This document shows positions 62,669 through 64,000 of a stretch of DNA of 64,000 nt, piece by piece. The stretch covers positions 3,038,001 to 3,102,000 of the forward strand of contig CM035353.1 in NCBI GenBank assembly GCA_020137815.1. The letters run 5' to 3'. A program made the translations under genes and the position numbers. The DNA comes from Hormiphora californensis (taxonomy: Eukaryota > Animalia > Ctenophora). The notes under the pieces were generated by a model. That model saw only the letters and a list, made by a program, of their open reading frames with translations, was not told the DNA's origin and did no database searches. Positions within the stretch are counted from its first letter, which is position 1. Each line of letters begins with the position of its first letter.

Positions 62669-63640
62669 TGACACTAGAGAATATAATATGATGACCAATT
62701 AAGAGTAATTAAGAGTAAATTAGAGTATTTATACAGATGTAGATGTACATTATATTATGAATCCAGAAAGGTGGCAAGATCCGGTTGTGGATGGGTGATA
62801 TACCAGGGCAGGAACCCCGATTTACCGGGAGGATAACCTTCCCCTGAACTAGGAAATTAACAGTATTTTACCCGATACAACGCGTTTCAGCTGGCACTTG
62901 CACGGGAAACCCCCAAAAAAGAGACGACATGCGCCCTACGGCCGCCCTCGTACGCCTGGCCGCCACTCCGCCACCCCGGCAACCCGCACCCCGCACCCCG
63001 CACCCCAAACGTGGAACCCCCTCCGCCAGGAGTGACGGCACCACCTCCTCCTCCTCCCATCCCACGCCAGGGGTTCACAATTGTGAATGAATTAATGAGG
63101 AGATGATAAAGTCCATATTTATTCAACTGTTCACCCCTCAACTCGTGGGTAAAGTGACACTAGAGAATATAAGTATGATGAATAATTAAGAGTAACTAAG
63201 TATTTATAGATACATTATATTATGAATCCAGAAATGTGGCAAGATCCGGATGTGGATGGGTGATATACCAGGGCCGGAACTCCGATTTACCGGGAGGATA
63301 ACCTCGAACTAGGAAATTAACAGTATTTTACCCGATAGAACGCGTTTCAGCTTGCACCTGCACGGGAAGCCACCAAAAAAGAGACGACATGCGCCCTACG
63401 GCCGCCCTCGTACGCCTGGCCGCCACTCCGCCACCCCGGCAACCCGCACCCCGCACCCCAAACGTGGAACCCCCTCCGCCAGGAGTGACGCCACCACCTC
63501 CTCCACCTCCTCTCCCACGCCAGGGGTATACCATTGAGAATGAACTCATGAGGAGAGGATAAAGTCTATATTTATTCAACTGTTCACCCCTCAACTCGTG
63601 GGAAAAGTGACACTAGAGAATATAATATGATGAGTAATTA
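62669..63640. repeat. Tandem duplication of a ~450-490 bp unit
   Basis: Units start TGACACTAGAGAATATAA at ~62669, ~63155, ~63608. Confidence 0.9.
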
Positions 63641-63751
63641 AAGTGAGAGTGGACCGAACCAGAATTGGACAAGTTTGTTGTAGGTAGTAAAGATTAGCTT
63701 TCTGAGCATTTTGCGTTTTTGCCGCTCAAAATCGACCCACCCATCACTGAG

Positions 63752-64000
63752 ATATTTTTGTTATGTTGGGAGAACTCCTGTTTAATCAGTATGTATAAAA
63801 CAGAATAAAAACAATCGTAGTGTTTTACTAACACATTCTGAATATAAGCAGTGAGGTTGACATGTCCATGCACAGAAGCAGGGCACATGGAACCCAGCAT
63901 ATTGAAAATTTAAAGAATGTGTTAGTAAAACACAAGGATTGTTTCTATCCTGTTTGATAAATATTGATCCAGCAGGAATTCTCCCAACATAACAAAAATA
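63752..64000. repeat. Inverted repeat running off the window edge
   Basis: TATTTTTGTTATGTTGGGAGAA... vs ...TTCTCCCAACATAACAAAAATA. Confidence 0.75.

Overview
Eukaryotic (animal) genomic DNA: short GT-AG introns, very repeat-rich, no prokaryotic operons, CRISPR arrays or rRNA. The gene content (intronless LDLa-repeat GPCRs without LRRs, micro-exon-rich rhodopsin GPCR) suggests a non-bilaterian, probably a ctenophore; this is inference only. Host genes: a spliced aquaporin (1034-2352, +); an unidentified spliced gene (~3021-4274, -); an LDLa-GPCR (7584-10815, -, one frameshift) and a degraded paralog (45260-47594, +); a multi-exon class A GPCR (24893-28462, +); a CHST-type sulfotransferase (35730-41531, +) with a near full-length LINE in intron 1. 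Mobile DNA: a 7.9-kb TTAA-flanked Kolobok-type transposon with a spliced transposase and two nested elements; a decayed CR1 LINE; a Penelope fragment; a tRNA-SINE; Helitrons; many MITEs and foldbacks with readable TSDs. Most interesting signals: (1) an in-phase A_AAA_AAC -1 slippery site where LINE ORF1 overlaps an ATG-less ORF2; (2) minisatellites made of tandemly amplified splice-acceptor/exon junctions; (3) a Kolobok transposase with a Tudor-like tail and periodic TGAGGT motifs; (4) TEs carrying ready-made RFX X-box or CCAAT/GTCACGTGAC modules next to genes. Parts of the window look error-prone (18150-19200 and scattered single-base frameshifts), so frameshift-based calls need checking against reads.
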